Program-made: the position numbers and the translations under genes
The notes under the pieces: model-generated
What the model was told of the DNA's origin: nothing
Databases searched by the model: none
What the model saw: the letters and a program-made list of their open reading frames with translations, nothing else
Origin: Desulfatiglandales bacterium
GTDB lineage: Bacteria; Desulfobacterota; DSM-4660; Desulfatiglandales; Desulfatiglandaceae
NCBI GenBank assembly: GCA_963666345.1
Contig: OY762721.1
Coordinates: 608,001-672,000, forward strand
Reading direction: 5' to 3'
Length of the DNA stretch: 64,000 bases
Part shown: positions 52,491 to 63,824 of the stretch, piece by piece
Layout: each line of letters opens with the position of its first letter
How positions within the stretch are numbered: the stretch's first letter is position 1

Positions 52491-52527
52491 AAAAAAAAAC
52501 CTCCCTACCAGAATACTGGCAAGGAGG
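52491..52527 (-). terminator. Intrinsic terminator after rplQ, abutting the pyrB RBS
   Basis: CCTCCTTGCCAG-TATT-CTGGTAGGGAGG followed by T9. Confidence 0.85.
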
Positions 52528-52628
52528 CTTCGATTATTGCTCCTAGATACAATCATAGTCGACACTAGGCATTTCTTTATTAAAGGAATCAGAAAGGGAT
52601 ATAAAGATTACGCTCCATTAACAATCTG

Positions 52629-53204
52629 CTAGGCTTTTGGATCGTTTTCGTTTTCCTTTTCATTCTCTCCTTCCACAACCTCTTCAATTTTATCTTCCTT
52701 CATTGTTTTCTTATCATCAGCTACCGGCGTCCCTTTGTCAATTTTTTCCTGACTTTTTACCTTTTTAACGGCGGCAGCACTTTTTTTCTTCTGCTCCGTC
52801 TTAGCCGATTTCATCTTTCTGCTCTTCTTCGAGGTCTTTTTTTCTTCTTCTCCAGGCAGAAGCTGTACGATTGACATGGCAGCACCGTCACCCTTTCGGT
52901 TCCCCATCTTAACAATCCTCAAGTATCCGCCTTGTCTGTCCGTATACCTGTCCTTCAATACATCGAAGAGACTATGGGTCACCGCCTTATCTTTCATATA
53001 TGCTAGCGCCTGCCGTCTGGCATGAAGATCCCCTCTTTTTGCGAGACCAATCATTTTTTCCGCAACGGGCCTTATCGCTTTCGCCTTTGCATCGGTGGTC
53101 TGTATATTTTCGTACTTAAATAGGGCGGTCACCATATTCCTCAACATAGCCCTGCGGTGACTCGAATTACGTGCCAGCTGACTTCCTGATTTCCTGTGCC
53201 TCAT
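52629..53204 (-). CDS. rplQ: 50S ribosomal protein L17 with charged C-terminal tail
   Basis: MRHRK...[12 protein letters not shown]...GGYLRI. Confidence 0.97.
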   Translation of the reverse strand: MRHRKSGSQLARNSSHRRAMLRNMVTALFKYENIQTTDAKAKAIRPVAEKMIGLAKRGDLHARRQALAYMKDKAVTHSLFDVLKDRYTDRQGGYLRIVKMGNRKGDGAAMSIVQLLPGEEEKKTSKKSRKMKSAKTEQKKKSAAAVKKVKSQEKIDKGTPVADDKKTMKEDKIEEVVEGENEKENENDPKA

Positions 53205-54235
53205 TTATCTAAATCCTCTTCATCTGCATCACCTTCGTCAGCCTTTTCGGGAAGGTGGAAATTATCCAGTTTCATGCCTAACGAAAGACCCATCTCATCA
53301 AGGATTGACTTGATTTCGTTGAGGGACTTCCTTCCGAAATTCTTTGTTTTCAGCATTTCCTGCTCAGTCTTCTGTACAAGCTCCCCGATCATGGTAATGT
53401 TAGCATTCTTGAGACAATTAGCAGAACGCACTGACAATTCCAACTCAGAGACGGGCCTGAAGAGATTCTCGTTTAATTCCACCTCTTTTTCTTCTTCCTC
53501 TTCATCAACCGGCTCAGGCTCCTCCTCAAAGCTGATAAACGGATTCATTTGTTCTTTCAGTATCTTGGCAGCAAAAGCAACCGCGTCTTCAGGGCTTAAA
53601 CTCCCATCTGTCCATACTTCAAGCGTCAGTTTATCGTAATCAGTAATCTGACCAACCCTTGCATTTGTAACGACATAGTTTACTTTTTCCAAAGGAGAAA
53701 ACACTGCATCGATTGATATCACACCAATAGGCTGATCCTTTTCCTTTGTCCGCTCGATTGGGATATAACCTTTTCCTGACCTTACGTTTATCTCCATATT
53801 GAGATTGGCTTCTTTATTTAGAGTAGCAATATGCTGGCCAGGATTCATTATCTCGACCAAACCGTGTGTTTCGATGTCTTTAGCCGTAACCTCGCCTTCA
53901 CCACTTTTGGAAACGTGAATAACGGCCTCTTCCACATCAATCAATTTTGGTCTGATCTCCTTAAGATTCAAAATAATATCCGCGACATCCTCAAGTACAC
54001 CGGGGATCGTCGAAAATTCATGCCGCACTCCGTCAAATCTCACTGAGACTATGGCCGCCCCTTGCAGTGAAGACAGAAGTATGCGCCTTAGCGAATTTCC
54101 TATAGTTATTCCAAAGCCCCTTTCAAGAGGTTCACAAACAAATTTCCCATAAGTTTTTGTCGAGCTTCCCTGATCAATTTCAACCCTCTTAGGTTTGATC
54201 AGTTCCCTCCAGTTTCTGCTCTTTAAATCTGCCAA
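53201..54235 (-). CDS. rpoA: RNA polymerase alpha subunit
   Basis: [33 protein letters not shown]. Confidence 0.98.
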   Translation of the reverse strand: MADLKSRNWRELIKPKRVEIDQGSSTKTYGKFVCEPLERGFGITIGNSLRRILLSSLQGAAIVSVRFDGVRHEFSTIPGVLEDVADIILNLKEIRPKLIDVEEAVIHVSKSGEGEVTAKDIETHGLVEIMNPGQHIATLNKEANLNMEINVRSGKGYIPIERTKEKDQPIGVISIDAVFSPLEKVNYVVTNARVGQITDYDKLTLEVWTDGSLSPEDAVAFAAKILKEQMNPFISFEEEPEPVDEEEEEKEVELNENLFRPVSELELSVRSANCLKNANITMIGELVQKTEQEMLKTKNFGRKSLNEIKSILDEMGLSLGMKLDNFHLPEKADEGDADEEDLDK

Positions 54236-54556
54236 AAGGGCCTCCCCCTTTTTAAGGTTTTATATCAAACCGCCTCGACCTTAAAACGCAACGCTCAACT
54301 TTTCACCAATAGGTCGCCCGGCACTATAAAATCCGGCGATATGAATATCGAAATAATAAGCCTTCTTAAAATACCCAATCTATATTGACTAGGAAAATTT
54401 ATTTTAATAACTATTACGGCGAACCTTGCTGATCCGGAAATTCAGCCAGCAGTTCAGGTTGCTCTTGGGAATTCTGAAAAAATCAGAGCATCGATGTGTT
54501 AACAGGCCATCTTACTAAGGCAACCCCCCACAGTCTGTTTTAATTGTAAAGCAACT

Positions 54557-55186
54557 CTATTTGGAATACAACTCTACAATAAGCTGTTCATGTATAGGCA
54601 TAGTTAGTTCTTCTCGGTTTGGAACCGCCTGCAAAACACCACGGAATTTTTCTTTCTCAAGTTCTATCCAGTTCGGAACGCCACGGCGTACAACGGTCTC
54701 CATAGCCCCAAGAATTTGGGGAACATTGCGGCTCTTTTCTCTGACCTCCACAACATCTCCCGGCCTGACAATATAAGAAGGAATATTGACTTTTCTGTCA
54801 TTAACAATAAAATGGTTGTGTTTAACCATCTGTCTTGCCTGATTTCTTGAAGATGAGAATCCCATTCTGTACACAATGTTGTCCAGGCGTGATTCAAGTA
54901 AAACCAGAAGATTGGTACCTGTAATCCCTTTCTGCCTGTCAGCCCTCGCGTAGTATCCTCTGAACTGCTTCTCCAGCACACCGTAGAGCCTTTTTACCTT
55001 CTGTTTTTCCCTGAGCTGTGCTCTATAATCCGAAGCTTTCCCGCTCCGCCTTTGTCCATGTTGCCCCGGTGGGAAAGCCCTTCTCTCAAAGGCACACTTG
55101 TCGCTGTAACAGCGATCACCCTTTAAAAACAATTTCATATTTTCCCGCCTGCAAAGCCGGCACAATGAACCTCTATATCTGGCCAA
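54557..55186 (-). CDS. rpsD: 30S ribosomal protein S4
   Basis: [26 protein letters not shown]. Confidence 0.98.
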   Translation of the reverse strand: MARYRGSLCRLCRRENMKLFLKGDRCYSDKCAFERRAFPPGQHGQRRSGKASDYRAQLREKQKVKRLYGVLEKQFRGYYARADRQKGITGTNLLVLLESRLDNIVYRMGFSSSRNQARQMVKHNHFIVNDRKVNIPSYIVRPGDVVEVREKSRNVPQILGAMETVVRRGVPNWIELEKEKFRGVLQAVPNREELTMPIHEQLIVELYSK

Positions 55187-55271
55187 AAGAGCCCCTCCTC
55201 AAGATTTTAAATTGAAATTAAAAATAATACAAAAAAAGCCGATTTTTCTCTGCACGCCTTTTTGAGTAATC

Positions 55272-55667
55272 CTATACTCTCCGTCTCTTCGGGGGCCTGC
55301 ATCCATTGTGAGGAATCGGAGTAACATCACGTATAATTGTGACGGTAAAGCCATCAACCTGAAGAGCCCTCAAGGCAGCTTCACGACCGACACCGGGACC
55401 CTTAACACGTACTTCCGCCACCCTCATTCCCTGCTCCATGGCCTGAGTGATTGCATCCTTTCCAGCCATCTGGGCGGCAAAAGGAGTGCTCTTGCGGGAT
55501 CCTTTAAAGCCGGCTCTTCCGGAACTTGATTGTGCTATCACATTTCCGGAAAGATCGGTTACAGTAACAACCGTATTGTTAAATGTGGACTGTATATGAA
55601 CTATTCCGTTAGGAACATTTTTCTTTTCCTTTTTTCCTTTGCCCTTCTTTCTGACGGTCTTTGCCAT
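55272..55667 (-). CDS. rpsK: 30S ribosomal protein S11
   Basis: [19 protein letters not shown]. Confidence 0.98.
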   Translation of the reverse strand: MAKTVRKKGKGKKEKKNVPNGIVHIQSTFNNTVVTVTDLSGNVIAQSSSGRAGFKGSRKSTPFAAQMAGKDAITQAMEQGMRVAEVRVKGPGVGREAALRALQVDGFTVTIIRDVTPIPHNGCRPPKRRRV

Positions 55668-55683
55668 TCTAATTCCTCACCTA

Positions 55684-56055
55684 CTATTTTTTCTTTCTGC
55701 TCATAACAGCCCTTCTTGGGCCCTTCCTCGTCCTTGCGTTTGTGGAGGTTCTCTGGCCGTGAACAGGCAAACCTCGCCTGTGTCTAAGGCCTCTGTAGGC
55801 CCCAAGATCCATGAGCCTCTTAATATTCATGGAAATATCTCGTCTAAGATCCCCCTCAACAGTGAATTTCTCATCAATAATGTTTCTAACTTTTGCGAGA
55901 TCTTCTCCGCTTATATCGTCTGATTTTATATCCCAATCGATACCAGCTTCGCTCAATATTTTCTGTGCGGAGGTCCTGCCTATTCCATAGATATAGGTAA
56001 GAGCTATTTCCATCCTCTTGGCCTTGGGTAAATCAACTCCAGCAATACGTGCCAA
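55684..56055 (-). CDS. rpsM: 30S ribosomal protein S13
   Basis: [19 protein letters not shown]. Confidence 0.98.
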   Translation of the reverse strand: MARIAGVDLPKAKRMEIALTYIYGIGRTSAQKILSEAGIDWDIKSDDISGEDLAKVRNIIDEKFTVEGDLRRDISMNIKRLMDLGAYRGLRHRRGLPVHGQRTSTNARTRKGPRRAVMSRKKK

Positions 56056-56078
56056 TCTTCACTCCTATTAAAAATGTA

Positions 56079-56192
56079 TTATCCTTGTCTTTGTTTATGT
56101 CTGGGATTCTCGCAAATGACCCGAGTAATTCCCCTTCGCCTGATTATTTTGCATTTTTTACAAATTTTCTTTACTGAAGGTCTTACTTTCAT
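56079..56192 (-). CDS. rpmJ: 50S ribosomal protein L36 (Zn-binding type; below the ORF-track cutoff)
   Basis: [37 protein letters not shown]. Confidence 0.97.
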   Translation of the reverse strand: MKVRPSVKKICKKCKIIRRRGITRVICENPRHKQRQG

Positions 56193-56229
56193 AACAGTGA
56201 TTCTCCCCTTCCTGCCCGATCAATAAGCT

Positions 56230-56445
56230 CTAACCTCGATAGACAATACGCCCCCTGCTCAGGTCATAGGGAGAAAGCTCCACTAGGACCTTGTCACCTG
56301 GGAGAATTTTAATAAAATTCTTTCTGATCTTCCCCGAAACATGCCCAAGCACACGATGTCCGTTCTTTAACTCAAGCCTGAACATCGCATTAGGCAACGT
56401 CTCTATTACTACACCTTCCACCTCTATTGCTTCTTCCTTGGCCAT
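56230..56445 (-). CDS. infA: Translation initiation factor IF-1
   Basis: [19 protein letters not shown]. Confidence 0.98.
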   Translation of the reverse strand: MAKEEAIEVEGVVIETLPNAMFRLELKNGHRVLGHVSGKIRKNFIKILPGDKVLVELSPYDLSRGRIVYRG

Positions 56446-56484
56446 GTCTTACCTTAGCATCACAGTCAGTAACCGCGCTTAACG

Positions 56485-57798
56485 CTATCTTGTTCTACCA
56501 AAGCCCTTTTTCATAAAGCCTTCATAATGACGCGTCAGCATATGGGACTCAATCTGGCTTGTAGTATCCATGGCTACACCTACAACAATAAGCAACGCAG
56601 TCCCGCCGAAATAAAAAGGTACATTTAATTTATAGATCAAAATCTGTGGAAGAATACATATGGCCGAAACGTATAATGCACCCGAAAAAGTTATCCTTGT
56701 TAAAACACGGTCGATATATTCCGCAGTGTTTTTCCCAGGCCGTATACCGGGTATAAATCCACCGCTTCTTTTCATATTGTCAGCCACATCAACAGGATTA
56801 AAATGTACAGCCGTATAAAAATAACAGAAAAAGAATATAAATCCTACGTAGATAAGGCTGTATATGACATGCCCGGGAGCCAATGCATCAACAACAAATT
56901 GAAGCCAGGGCATCTGCTCCTGATTAAGGAAGTTCGCAATGGTAGCGGGGAACATTATGATAGATGAAGCGAAAATTGGAGGAATAACACCCGCAGTATT
57001 AACCTTTAATGGCAAATGAGTGCTCTGACCTCCATACATCCTTCGTCCTACCACTCTTTTTGCATACTGTACAGGGATCCTCCTTTGACCTCTTTCCACG
57101 AAAACGATCAGGCCAATCACGCCGATCATAAGGGCTATTATGATCACCATGAAAAATGCTGACACCTCCCCTGTACCCATCAACCTGAATGTATTGGCAA
57201 CTGCCACAGGAAACCGCGCCACGATTCCCGAAAAGATAATAAGAGAGATCCCGTTACCGATACCCCTCTCGGTGATCTGTTCTCCCAGCCACATCAAAAA
57301 GGAAGTCCCGGCGGTCAGGGTGATAACGGTCAGCAGTCTGAACGCCCAACCGCCGTCCGGCACGATCATTGCCCCGCCCGGGCTTGTCATATTTTCAAGG
57401 CCAACAGCTATCCCAAATCCCTGTATGGCACTTAAAACAACCGTACCATACCTGGTATATTGGGTAATTTTCTTCCTTCCCTGCTCCCCTTCTTTCTTCA
57501 ATTTTTCAAGGTACGGGACAACAACGGTCATTAGCTCCAATATAATGGAGGCACTAATGTAGGGCATTATTCCCAAGGCCATAACGGACATCTGGCTCAA
57601 TGCCCCCCCGGAAAACATGTCAAACAGCCCGAACAAAGTTCCCTGCTTTGAGCTGAAAAATGCAGAAAGGGCAGCTCCGTCTATCCCGGGAGTAGGTATA
57701 TGACAACCTAGTCTGTATACGGCAAGCATTAATACCGTAAATATTATTCTTTTTTTTAGTTCCGGTATCTTACCGATGTTTTGAAAACCACCTAACAC
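56485..57798 (-). CDS. secY: Preprotein translocase SecY
   Basis: [29 protein letters not shown]. Confidence 0.98.
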   Translation of the reverse strand: MLGGFQNIGKIPELKKRIIFTVLMLAVYRLGCHIPTPGIDGAALSAFFSSKQGTLFGLFDMFSGGALSQMSVMALGIMPYISASIILELMTVVVPYLEKLKKEGEQGRKKITQYTRYGTVVLSAIQGFGIAVGLENMTSPGGAMIVPDGGWAFRLLTVITLTAGTSFLMWLGEQITERGIGNGISLIIFSGIVARFPVAVANTFRLMGTGEVSAFFMVIIIALMIGVIGLIVFVERGQRRIPVQYAKRVVGRRMYGGQSTHLPLKVNTAGVIPPIFASSIIMFPATIANFLNQEQMPWLQFVVDALAPGHVIYSLIYVGFIFFFCYFYTAVHFNPVDVADNMKRSGGFIPGIRPGKNTAEYIDRVLTRITFSGALYVSAICILPQILIYKLNVPFYFGGTALLIVVGVAMDTTSQIESHMLTRHYEGFMKKGFGRTR

Positions 57799-57816
57799 TT
57801 GGGCACTCTCCTATCT

Positions 57817-58257
57817 TCAGATAACCATGACCGTTCCGCCTGCAGCCTCAACCTTCTGTCTGGCGGTTCTACTCACTTTGCTTACCTTGATATTGACAGG
57901 GCAAGATATCTCGCCGTCTCCCAGCAATTTGATCCCATCCTTTAATTTCTTGACAAGACCAGCATCCTTTAGCAGGTTTTCATCAATTTCAGGAGTATCT
58001 TCAAACACGGCCAAATCCTTTACGTTTATGGTAACGTATTCTTTCCTGAACACGTTGTTGAAGCCCCTTTTAGGAAGTCTCCGGTGGAGCGGCATCTGCC
58101 CTCCCTCAAAGCCTGGACGTGGTCCGCCACCCGAACGCGACTTTTGTCCCTTATGTCCTCTGCAGGCAGTTTTACCGTGCCCCGAGCCTTCGCCTCTTGC
58201 GACTCTTTTTCTTTTCTTTCTGGATCCCTCTGAGGGAGAAAGTTCATCAATTCTCAT
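57817..58257 (-). CDS. rplO: 50S ribosomal protein L15
   Basis: GFEGGQMPL.RRLPKRGF. Confidence 0.98.
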   Translation of the reverse strand: MRIDELSPSEGSRKKRKRVARGEGSGHGKTACRGHKGQKSRSGGGPRPGFEGGQMPLHRRLPKRGFNNVFRKEYVTINVKDLAVFEDTPEIDENLLKDAGLVKKLKDGIKLLGDGEISCPVNIKVSKVSRTARQKVEAAGGTVMVI

Positions 58258-58276
58258 ATCAAATTCCCTGTCACCT

Positions 58277-58453
58277 TCAGCCGACCCTCACGAGGAATGT
58301 AACTTTTTCTATCATACCTCGTATGGCAGCCGTGTTTTTCAGTTCAACCGTTTTATTCAACTTGGTCAAGCCTAATCCCCTCAGGGTATCACGAATCTTC
58401 TTGTTCTTTCCAATTCGGCTTTTTACTAGAGTTACTTTGATAGTCTCAGTCAT
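58277..58453 (-). CDS. rpmD: 50S ribosomal protein L30 (not in the ORF track)
   Basis: MTETIKVTLVKSRIG...LRGLGL...IRGMIEKV, 58 aa. Confidence 0.95.
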   Translation of the reverse strand: MTETIKVTLVKSRIGKNKKIRDTLRGLGLTKLNKTVELKNTAAIRGMIEKVTFLVRVG

Positions 58454-58481
58454 AATTAAAACTCGTTCCGAAACATATATG

Positions 58482-58979
58482 TTAATGCATTAACTCCTCG
58501 ACACTTTTACCTCTCAGTCTTGCAAACTGTTCGGGAGTTCTCAATGACCTAAGTCCCTTTAGGGTAGCTCTGACAATATTGTGAGTATTATGGGAGCCGA
58601 GGCACTTCGTAAGGATATTCTGCACCCCAACCGCCTCAAGGACAGCCCTTACAGCACCGCCGGCGATCAATCCGGTGCCAGGTCCGGCCGGTTTTAAAAG
58701 AACACGGCCCGCGCCCCACTCACCTATCACCTCGTGTGGTATGCTGGCATTATAAAGGGAAACATTTTGCATATCTTTTTTGGCCTTTTCTATACCCTTT
58801 CGTATGGCTTCAGGCACCTGATTAGCCTTTCCCACTCCGCTCCCAACCGAACCGTTTCCGTCTCCTACGATCACAATTGCGCTGAAGCTGAACCTCCGGC
58901 CGCCCTTAACCACCTTGGCCACCCGGTTTATATGCACCACCTTTTCAATAAGCTGTTTTTCTTCTTCTTCCTTATACAA
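58482..58979 (-). CDS. rpsE: 30S ribosomal protein S5
   Basis: [14 protein letters not shown]. Confidence 0.98.
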   Translation of the reverse strand: MYKEEEEKQLIEKVVHINRVAKVVKGGRRFSFSAIVIVGDGNGSVGSGVGKANQVPEAIRKGIEKAKKDMQNVSLYNASIPHEVIGEWGAGRVLLKPAGPGTGLIAGGAVRAVLEAVGVQNILTKCLGSHNTHNIVRATLKGLRSLRTPEQFARLRGKSVEELMH

Positions 58980-59051
58980 GGTTCCTCTCCCTTAATCTTC
59001 CATAAACCGCGACCGCGGTTTACTCTGCTATAAAAAAATCCAGCATGCCCC

Positions 59052-59420
59052 TTAAAATACAAGGCCCTTTTCACGCGCCGCTTCCGAAAGGGCTTTAACC
59101 CTTCCATGATAAAGAAAACCGTTTCTATCAAAAACTACTTTCCTTATTCCTTTTTCAATAGCCTTTTCCGCTATCAGAGCGCCAACGATCGCCGCCCCCT
59201 CCTTGTTCCCGCCCCTACTTTTTACATTTTCATCCAGACCCTTTGAGAGAGATGAGGCGGATACCAGGGATCTTCCGGTAACGTCATCTATTATCTGCGC
59301 ATATATGTATCTTAGACTCTTGAAAACACATAACCGAGGTCTGTCACTGCTACCCCTGACTTTCCTACGCACTCTCTTTTTCCTTCTTAATCTCGCTTCG
59401 GTTCTACTAACGGATCCCAT
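59052..59420 (-). CDS. rplR: 50S ribosomal protein L18
   Basis: [21 protein letters not shown]. Confidence 0.98.
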   Translation of the reverse strand: MGSVSRTEARLRRKKRVRRKVRGSSDRPRLCVFKSLRYIYAQIIDDVTGRSLVSASSLSKGLDENVKSRGGNKEGAAIVGALIAEKAIEKGIRKVVFDRNGFLYHGRVKALSEAAREKGLVF

Positions 59421-59545
59421 TAAAACCCCTCATATTCACTTATTATATCCATGCACTTTGATCTAGGCTCACTTAATTACAATTACAAGCCTGATCAACG
59501 AATTACGAAATTTCCATCAAACAAAGAGAACCCAAAAGGTGACAT

Positions 59546-60079
59546 CTACGCTCCAGCCTTACCGGCCTTTCTTCTAATGGTTTCTTCAGCATACTTTATG
59601 CCTTTACCCTTGTATGGTTCGGGCTTTCTGAAGTCCCTTATTTTCGCAGCAGTGAGCCCTAACAATTCCTTATCGATTCCCCTCAAAGTTATCTTGGATT
59701 TATCGATATTTGCGTCAATACCGTCAGGTAATTCAAAATTTATAGGATGAGAATACCCCAGGTTTAGAACAACAGAATTACCTTTCACTTCGGCCCTGTA
59801 TCCCACACCGTTTATCTCCAAAATCCTTTCAAAACCCACTGATACCCCTCTGACCATGTTGGATACAAGCACTCTGAAAAGCCCGTGGAGAGACCTTGAC
59901 GTCGCTGAATTATCCTGAACTGAGACCTCTACCTTGTCCTCAAAGAGATCGATTTTCACATTAGGGTGGATATTCTGATTTAACTCCCCTTTTGGCCCTT
60001 TTACAGTAAGGCTTTCACCATTCTGCTTGACCTCTACTCCCTTAGGTATTGGGATAGGCTTTTTACCTACACGTGACAT
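59546..60079 (-). CDS. rplF: 50S ribosomal protein L6
   Basis: [17 protein letters not shown]. Confidence 0.98.
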   Translation of the reverse strand: MSRVGKKPIPIPKGVEVKQNGESLTVKGPKGELNQNIHPNVKIDLFEDKVEVSVQDNSATSRSLHGLFRVLVSNMVRGVSVGFERILEINGVGYRAEVKGNSVVLNLGYSHPINFELPDGIDANIDKSKITLRGIDKELLGLTAAKIRDFRKPEPYKGKGIKYAEETIRRKAGKAGA

Positions 60080-60136
60080 CAAAAACCCCCGCTTTTATCC
60101 GAGCCATGAAACATGGCAAAGAATGGAAATATTTTC

Positions 60137-60535
60137 TTACCAAACAGAACAGATGATTTCCCCGCCTATTCCTTCTTTCATGGCACTGGCATCTGTCATT
60201 AATCCTTTTGACGTAGATACGATACTAACGCCGAATCCATTTAACACATTAGGTATTTTATCATGCCTGGCATATATTCTACAACTAGGCTTACTAACCC
60301 TCTTAAGTCCGCCTATTACTGATGTGCCACCTTCGTCATAATTCAGATAAATACGTATCTGTCTATGGCGACCGTCAGAAACGATCCTGAAATTTTTAAT
60401 ATACCCTTCGGATTTCAATAACTTCGCGATATTTATTTTCAATTTTGAACTCGGAATGTCCACCGATTCATGAGAAGCTCTCGTAGCATTCCTTATTCTT
60501 GTCAACATATCGGCAATAGGATCTGTCATGGTCAT
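60137..60535 (-). CDS. rpsH: 30S ribosomal protein S8
   Basis: DPIADMLTRIRN, STSKG. Confidence 0.98.
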   Translation of the reverse strand: MTMTDPIADMLTRIRNATRASHESVDIPSSKLKINIAKLLKSEGYIKNFRIVSDGRHRQIRIYLNYDEGGTSVIGGLKRVSKPSCRIYARHDKIPNVLNGFGVSIVSTSKGLMTDASAMKEGIGGEIICSVW

Positions 60536-60580
60536 TTATCTTACCCCTGTTTTACTTAAAAACCAAATTACACACAATTT

Positions 60581-60766
60581 CTACCAACTGGACTTAATGA
60601 CTCCAGGCAACTCGCCCTTTGATGCCAACATCCTGAAACAAATTCTGCATATTCCGAATTTCCTTAGGAATGCCCTGCTTCTCCCACAGATGGGGCATCT
60701 GTTATAATGACGTGTAGAAAATTTTGGTTTTCTTTGCGACTTAACTATAAGTGACTTACGTGCCAA
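60581..60766 (-). CDS. rpsN: 30S ribosomal protein S14, type Z (Zn-binding, 61 aa)
   Basis: TTG start, CPICGR...CRIC, KSSW. Confidence 0.96.
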   Translation of the reverse strand: MARKSLIVKSQRKPKFSTRHYNRCPICGRSRAFLRKFGICRICFRMLASKGELPGVIKSSW

Positions 60767-60776
60767 GGTATCCTCC

Positions 60777-61319
60777 CTATCGATCTCGGAAAGGCATTCC
60801 AAGTTGTTTCAGTAGGAATAGACCTTCCGCATCGGTTTCAGCCGTTGTGACTATAGAAATGTTCAGGCCTTTTACTTTATCGATTTTGTCATAGTCGATT
60901 TCAGGGAATATAATATGTTCCTTAATCCCTATAGTACAATTTCCCCTGCCATCGAATATCTTCTGTGAGATGCCCCTGAAATCCCTAACCCTCGCCAGAT
61001 CGATATTGAAAAGCTTGTCCAAAAAATCGAACATCCGTTCATGCCTAAGAGTCACCATGCATCCAATAGGCATGCCCTGTCGAAGTTTGAAACCCGCGAT
61101 TGATTTTTTCGCCTTGGTAACAACAGCCTTTTGCCCTGAAATAAGGCTAAGATCTTCTACAGCCGAATCAAGAGTCTTAATATTCTGAATGGCCTCGCCT
61201 AAACCCATATTGAGTACAACTGCCTTTAACTTCGGTACGGCCATGATACTCTTATACCCAAACTCTTTCATTAGAAGAGGCACGGCATCATTAAGATATT
61301 TTTCCTTCAGTCGAGACAA
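60777..61319 (-). CDS. rplE: 50S ribosomal protein L5
   Basis: [24 protein letters not shown] start after GGAGGA. Confidence 0.97.
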   Translation of the reverse strand: MSRLKEKYLNDAVPLLMKEFGYKSIMAVPKLKAVVLNMGLGEAIQNIKTLDSAVEDLSLISGQKAVVTKAKKSIAGFKLRQGMPIGCMVTLRHERMFDFLDKLFNIDLARVRDFRGISQKIFDGRGNCTIGIKEHIIFPEIDYDKIDKVKGLNISIVTTAETDAEGLFLLKQLGMPFRDR

Positions 61320-61405
61320 AGAATCCTCCTCAACACTTTCCATTTCCTGATTAAATAAACGTTCTCACAAGTATTCAACATACAAACTTTTAGCGGCTAC
61401 ATGTA

Positions 61406-61750
61406 CTATCCATCCATCTGTTCACCACATTTCTTACAAATCCGTACCTTACTTCCATCTTCCAAAATGCGTTTTCCTATTCTGGTAGGCTCGGCGCATT
61501 TATTGCATACAATCATCAGGTTGGAGATCGACATGGGCGATTCCTTTTCTATTATCCCACCCTGAGGAGCATTTGCAGAGGGCCGTGAATGACGCTTTAC
61601 CATATTCAACTTTTCCACCACAGCACGCCATTTTTCGTAATCGGTCTTGAGGACAGTGCCAATTTTCCCCTTCTCTTTTCCAGCGATAACGATCACCTTG
61701 TCATCTTTTTTTATTCTTGGCTTTTTAGCTTTCACTTCAAACGCTCCCAA
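61406..61750 (-). CDS. rplX: 50S ribosomal protein L24
   Basis: IKKDDKVIVIAGKEKGK. Start uncertain. Confidence 0.96.
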   Translation of the reverse strand: MGAFEVKAKKPRIKKDDKVIVIAGKEKGKIGTVLKTDYEKWRAVVEKLNMVKRHSRPSANAPQGGIIEKESPMSISNLMIVCNKCAEPTRIGKRILEDGSKVRICKKCGEQMDG

Positions 61751-61772
61751 ATACTCTTTTTTTTAACAAAGG

Positions 61773-62141
61773 CTAAAGCACTTCCGGCGCTAGCGAAATG
61801 ATCTTCATGAAATTTTTTGCCCTCAGCTCTCTTGCCACCGGGCCGAATATCCTGGTGCCGATCGGTTCCTTTTGTTGGTTTATCAAGACTGCAGAATTAT
61901 CATCAAACTTTATATATGAACCATCCGGCCTCGAAATTTCCTTGGCGGTTCTTACTATCACGGCACGTGACACATCACCCTTTTTGACTCTGGAGTTAGG
62001 CATAGCCTCTTTCACCGAAACAACAATTATATCCCCAACACTTGCGTACCGCCTCTTTGACCCTCCAAGCACTTTTATGCATGATAGAAGCTTTGCCCCG
62101 GAATTATCCGCAACTCTCAATTTAGTTTCTGTCTGTATCAT
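61773..62141 (-). CDS. rplN: 50S ribosomal protein L14
   Basis: [21 protein letters not shown]. Confidence 0.98.
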   Translation of the reverse strand: MIQTETKLRVADNSGAKLLSCIKVLGGSKRRYASVGDIIVVSVKEAMPNSRVKKGDVSRAVIVRTAKEISRPDGSYIKFDDNSAVLINQQKEPIGTRIFGPVARELRAKNFMKIISLAPEVL

Positions 62142-62175
62142 ATCATAATACCCGAACCCATATTGACTAACCTGG

Positions 62176-62442
62176 TTACCCTTCGACGTTCAACCTGGTG
62201 ATTATTCCCGTTACCGCCCATTTTTTCCGCTTACTCATAGGCCGGCTTTCGGTTATCCTTACCTTGTCCCCCATCTGACACTCATTCTTTTCGTCATGCG
62301 CCATATATTTGCAACGTCTTCTCACATATTTCTTGTATGTGGCATGCTTTGTCAATCTCTCGACAAGCACGAGAGCCGTCTTATCCATACGGTTACTAAC
62401 CACAGTCCCTACCAATCTTTTTCTCAATCCACGCTCTGCCAT
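62176..62442 (-). CDS. rpsQ: 30S ribosomal protein S17
   Basis: [24 protein letters not shown]. Confidence 0.97.
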   Translation of the reverse strand: MAERGLRKRLVGTVVSNRMDKTALVLVERLTKHATYKKYVRRRCKYMAHDEKNECQMGDKVRITESRPMSKRKKWAVTGIITRLNVEG

Positions 62443-62454
62443 CGCTACCTCTTA

Positions 62455-62646
62455 CTAATTAATAGCCCTTTGTTTAAGGACTGTTTCGACACGGGCTATG
62501 TCCCTCTTGGTCTTTGGTATCATAGCGGTATTGCCCAGTTGTCCAGTAGCCTTCTGGAACCTCAAATTAAACAGTTCCTGACTAAGCTCTTTAACTTTTT
62601 CCTTGAGCTCTTCTTCACCCAGTTCCCGCAATTCGCTTGCCTTCAT
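62455..62646 (-). CDS. rpmC: 50S ribosomal protein L29
   Basis: [16 protein letters not shown]. Confidence 0.97.
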   Translation of the reverse strand: MKASELRELGEEELKEKVKELSQELFNLRFQKATGQLGNTAMIPKTKRDIARVETVLKQRAIN

Positions 62647-62650
62647 GTCC

Positions 62651-63061
62651 TTATGCTCTCCTGCTTACAAATTTGGTTGCAAAAGGAAGTTTATGCCCTG
62701 CCAGCCTGAATGCCTCGGTTGCGACATCCTTTTCGATCCCTTCCAATTCGTACAGGATCTTTCCCGGCTTCACAACAGCAACCCATCCCTCAGGGGAACC
62801 CTTACCCTTACCCATTCTGGTTTCAAGAGGTTTCTTGCAAATCGGTTTATCAGGAAAAATACGTATCCATATCTTTCCCCCGCGCTTTACATGTCTTGTT
62901 ACTGCAACACGAGCAGACTCTATTTGTTGAGCCGACATAAAACCGCATTCCAAGGCCTGCAATCCATAGTCACCAAACTCAAGACAGCTTCCCCTATGAG
63001 CCTTGCCTTTGGTTCTGCCTTTTTGTTTTTTCCTGTATTTTACCTTTTTTGGGCTAAGCAT
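62651..63061 (-). CDS. rplP: 50S ribosomal protein L16
   Basis: RMGKGKG, KLP. Confidence 0.98.
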   Translation of the reverse strand: MLSPKKVKYRKKQKGRTKGKAHRGSCLEFGDYGLQALECGFMSAQQIESARVAVTRHVKRGGKIWIRIFPDKPICKKPLETRMGKGKGSPEGWVAVVKPGKILYELEGIEKDVATEAFRLAGHKLPFATKFVSRRA

Positions 63062-63070
63062 ATGTCATTC

Positions 63071-63715
63071 CTATTCACTCTTCGTTTTTTCCGGTAAAAT
63101 CTCACCTTTGAAAATTGTCACCTTTACCCCTATTACCCCATAGGTGGTATAGGCCTGCGCAAACCCGTAATCGATGTCCGCCCTTATGGTATGAAGAGGC
63201 ACTCTACCCTCACGGTACCACTCCCTCCGTGCCATCTCGGCACCTCCAAGCCTTCCGCCGCAGGCAATCTTGATACCCTGCGCACCGAGCCTCATGGCAG
63301 AAGTCACGGCCTTTTTCATAACCCGCCTAAAAGCCATCCTTCTTTCCAGTTGAAGGGCGACATTTTCAGCTACAAGCTGAGCCTCGACCTCCGCCTTTCG
63401 CACTTCCTGGATATCAATAATTATTTCCCGTTTGATTTTCTTTTCAAGCTCGCCTTTAAGCCTTTCGATCTCAGCACCTTTTTTTCCGATGATGATGCCG
63501 GGCCTCGCAGTATGAATCCTAATTCTTACCTTGTTAGCAGCCCTTTCGATTTCAATCTTTGCAACTCCGGCCTGAGACAGCTTTTTCTTTAAAAATTTCC
63601 TTATCTGGAAATCCTCAAGAATAAAATCGCTATACTCCCTTACAGCGAACCACCTGGAATCCCAATCTCTGTGGATCCCCAATCTGAAGCTTATTGGATG
63701 AACCTTTTGTCCCAA
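63071..63715 (-). CDS. rpsC: 30S ribosomal protein S3
   Basis: GQKVHP, GRVPLHT. Confidence 0.98.
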   Translation of the reverse strand: MGQKVHPISFRLGIHRDWDSRWFAVREYSDFILEDFQIRKFLKKKLSQAGVAKIEIERAANKVRIRIHTARPGIIIGKKGAEIERLKGELEKKIKREIIIDIQEVRKAEVEAQLVAENVALQLERRMAFRRVMKKAVTSAMRLGAQGIKIACGGRLGGAEMARREWYREGRVPLHTIRADIDYGFAQAYTTYGVIGVKVTIFKGEILPEKTKSE

Positions 63716-63824
63716 TATGCACCTCCAACTAAATCAAACAGTTAATAAAACAACACTACCAAATATATGAATAAGCTACACGGCCCAGAGGACCTTCACG
63801 CCTTTCTTTTGCAATAAACAGATA

